From contig JAAOMT010000694.1 of the NCBI GenBank assembly GCA_016748015.1, positions 1 through 64,000 on the forward strand: a DNA stretch of 64,000 nucleotides, read 5' to 3'. Under the pieces are notes generated by a model. It searched no databases and was not told the DNA's origin. It was given only the letters and a program-made list of their open reading frames with translations. Of this stretch, positions 63,348 to 64,000 are shown piece after piece. The first letter of the stretch is position 1. Each line of letters starts with the position of its first letter. This stretch comes from Geosiphon pyriformis uo1. Its lineage: Eukaryota; Fungi; Glomeromycota. A program made the position numbers and the translations under genes.

Positions 63348-64000
63348 ATAATTATTCTCCGAAATATTTAACAAATATCCCAAAAATTAATGTTAGCTTT
63401 GAAAACACTTCTTGACTTATCCATAAAAATTAATGGAAGTCAAATTAATTACATTCAAAAAAAAACCACAGCCTCAATAGTAAATAATTTTCAGAACTAT
63501 TACTCTTATAGAAGAAAAACAAGAAGTCACTCTGGAAATAAATTACCAGAACTTTTGAAGCAAGCACTAAAAAAAAATCTTTTAATTGTTCCTATTGATA
63601 TTCCACCAAGTGCCACAATACAACAAAAACTTTTACTATTCCTTAATGAACAGAACAATAAACATACTCTTATATATAGATATTTTCTTATTGGAAAAAT
63701 ACTTTATGAACGAAAACTGAAACTTGAAGCAACCAACATCACTCCTGAGGCTATACAAAAACAAATTCACAATAAATTCAAAACAGCAGCTGGATTAACA
63801 AACACTTGCTACAAACTTAGAACAGTATCTAGACTCTATAATTTATTCAACACTTGTGAAAATGTCTTACAAAATCCAATACTCCATCCAATGAAGATTC
63901 AATATATTGGAAAACTCACAAAACTGAAATTTCAACAATTTTCAGACCAGATCATTTCAATTATTTTGGACCACTATCTTAATATTACAAATAGTGCTTG
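63348..64000 (+). pseudogene. ORF-X of D (runs off the window)
   Basis: IYRYFLIGKIL, VSRLYNLF and IQYIGKLTKLKFQQF match C ORF-X. Confidence 0.78.

Larger units (their letters stand above)
37705..64000 (+). mobile_element. Gypsy element D (relative of C); its 5' LTR is split by A2 (37705-37826 plus 55264-56088); runs off the window end
   Basis: LTR similar to the C LTR. PBS TGGTGCTCTC at 56091. gag-pol, IN and ORF-X are colinear with C. Confidence 0.9.

Overview
This window is AT-rich, CpG-depleted eukaryotic DNA made almost entirely of decayed, nested retrotransposons. I found no host gene, RNA gene or CRISPR array. It most resembles a Glomeromycotina fungus such as Geosiphon, but that is my recollection of similar proteins and is unverified. 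Contents: (i) Ty3/Gypsy LTR elements of three families (my labels A, B and C/D), including two complete elements with paired LTRs and 4-bp TSDs, in a five-level nest; (ii) LINEs with an RRM/CCHC ORF1 and an APE-RT-RNase H ORF2; (iii) three copies of a poly(A)-tailed element encoding only an ORF1-like protein. The most unusual signal is the gene layout of the Gypsy elements. Integrase appears to be a separate ORF with its own ATG after a stop at the end of RNase H. A non-env accessory ORF shared by all families runs into U3. Gag has an ATG-free N-terminal extension. Families B and C/D carry a Cys-rich domain plus a dUTPase between protease and RT, and family A has a -1 frameshift site. The paired LTRs of element C differ almost only by C>T/G>A transitions, in all contexts. 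All alignments and counts were done by eye, so boundaries may be off by a few bases.
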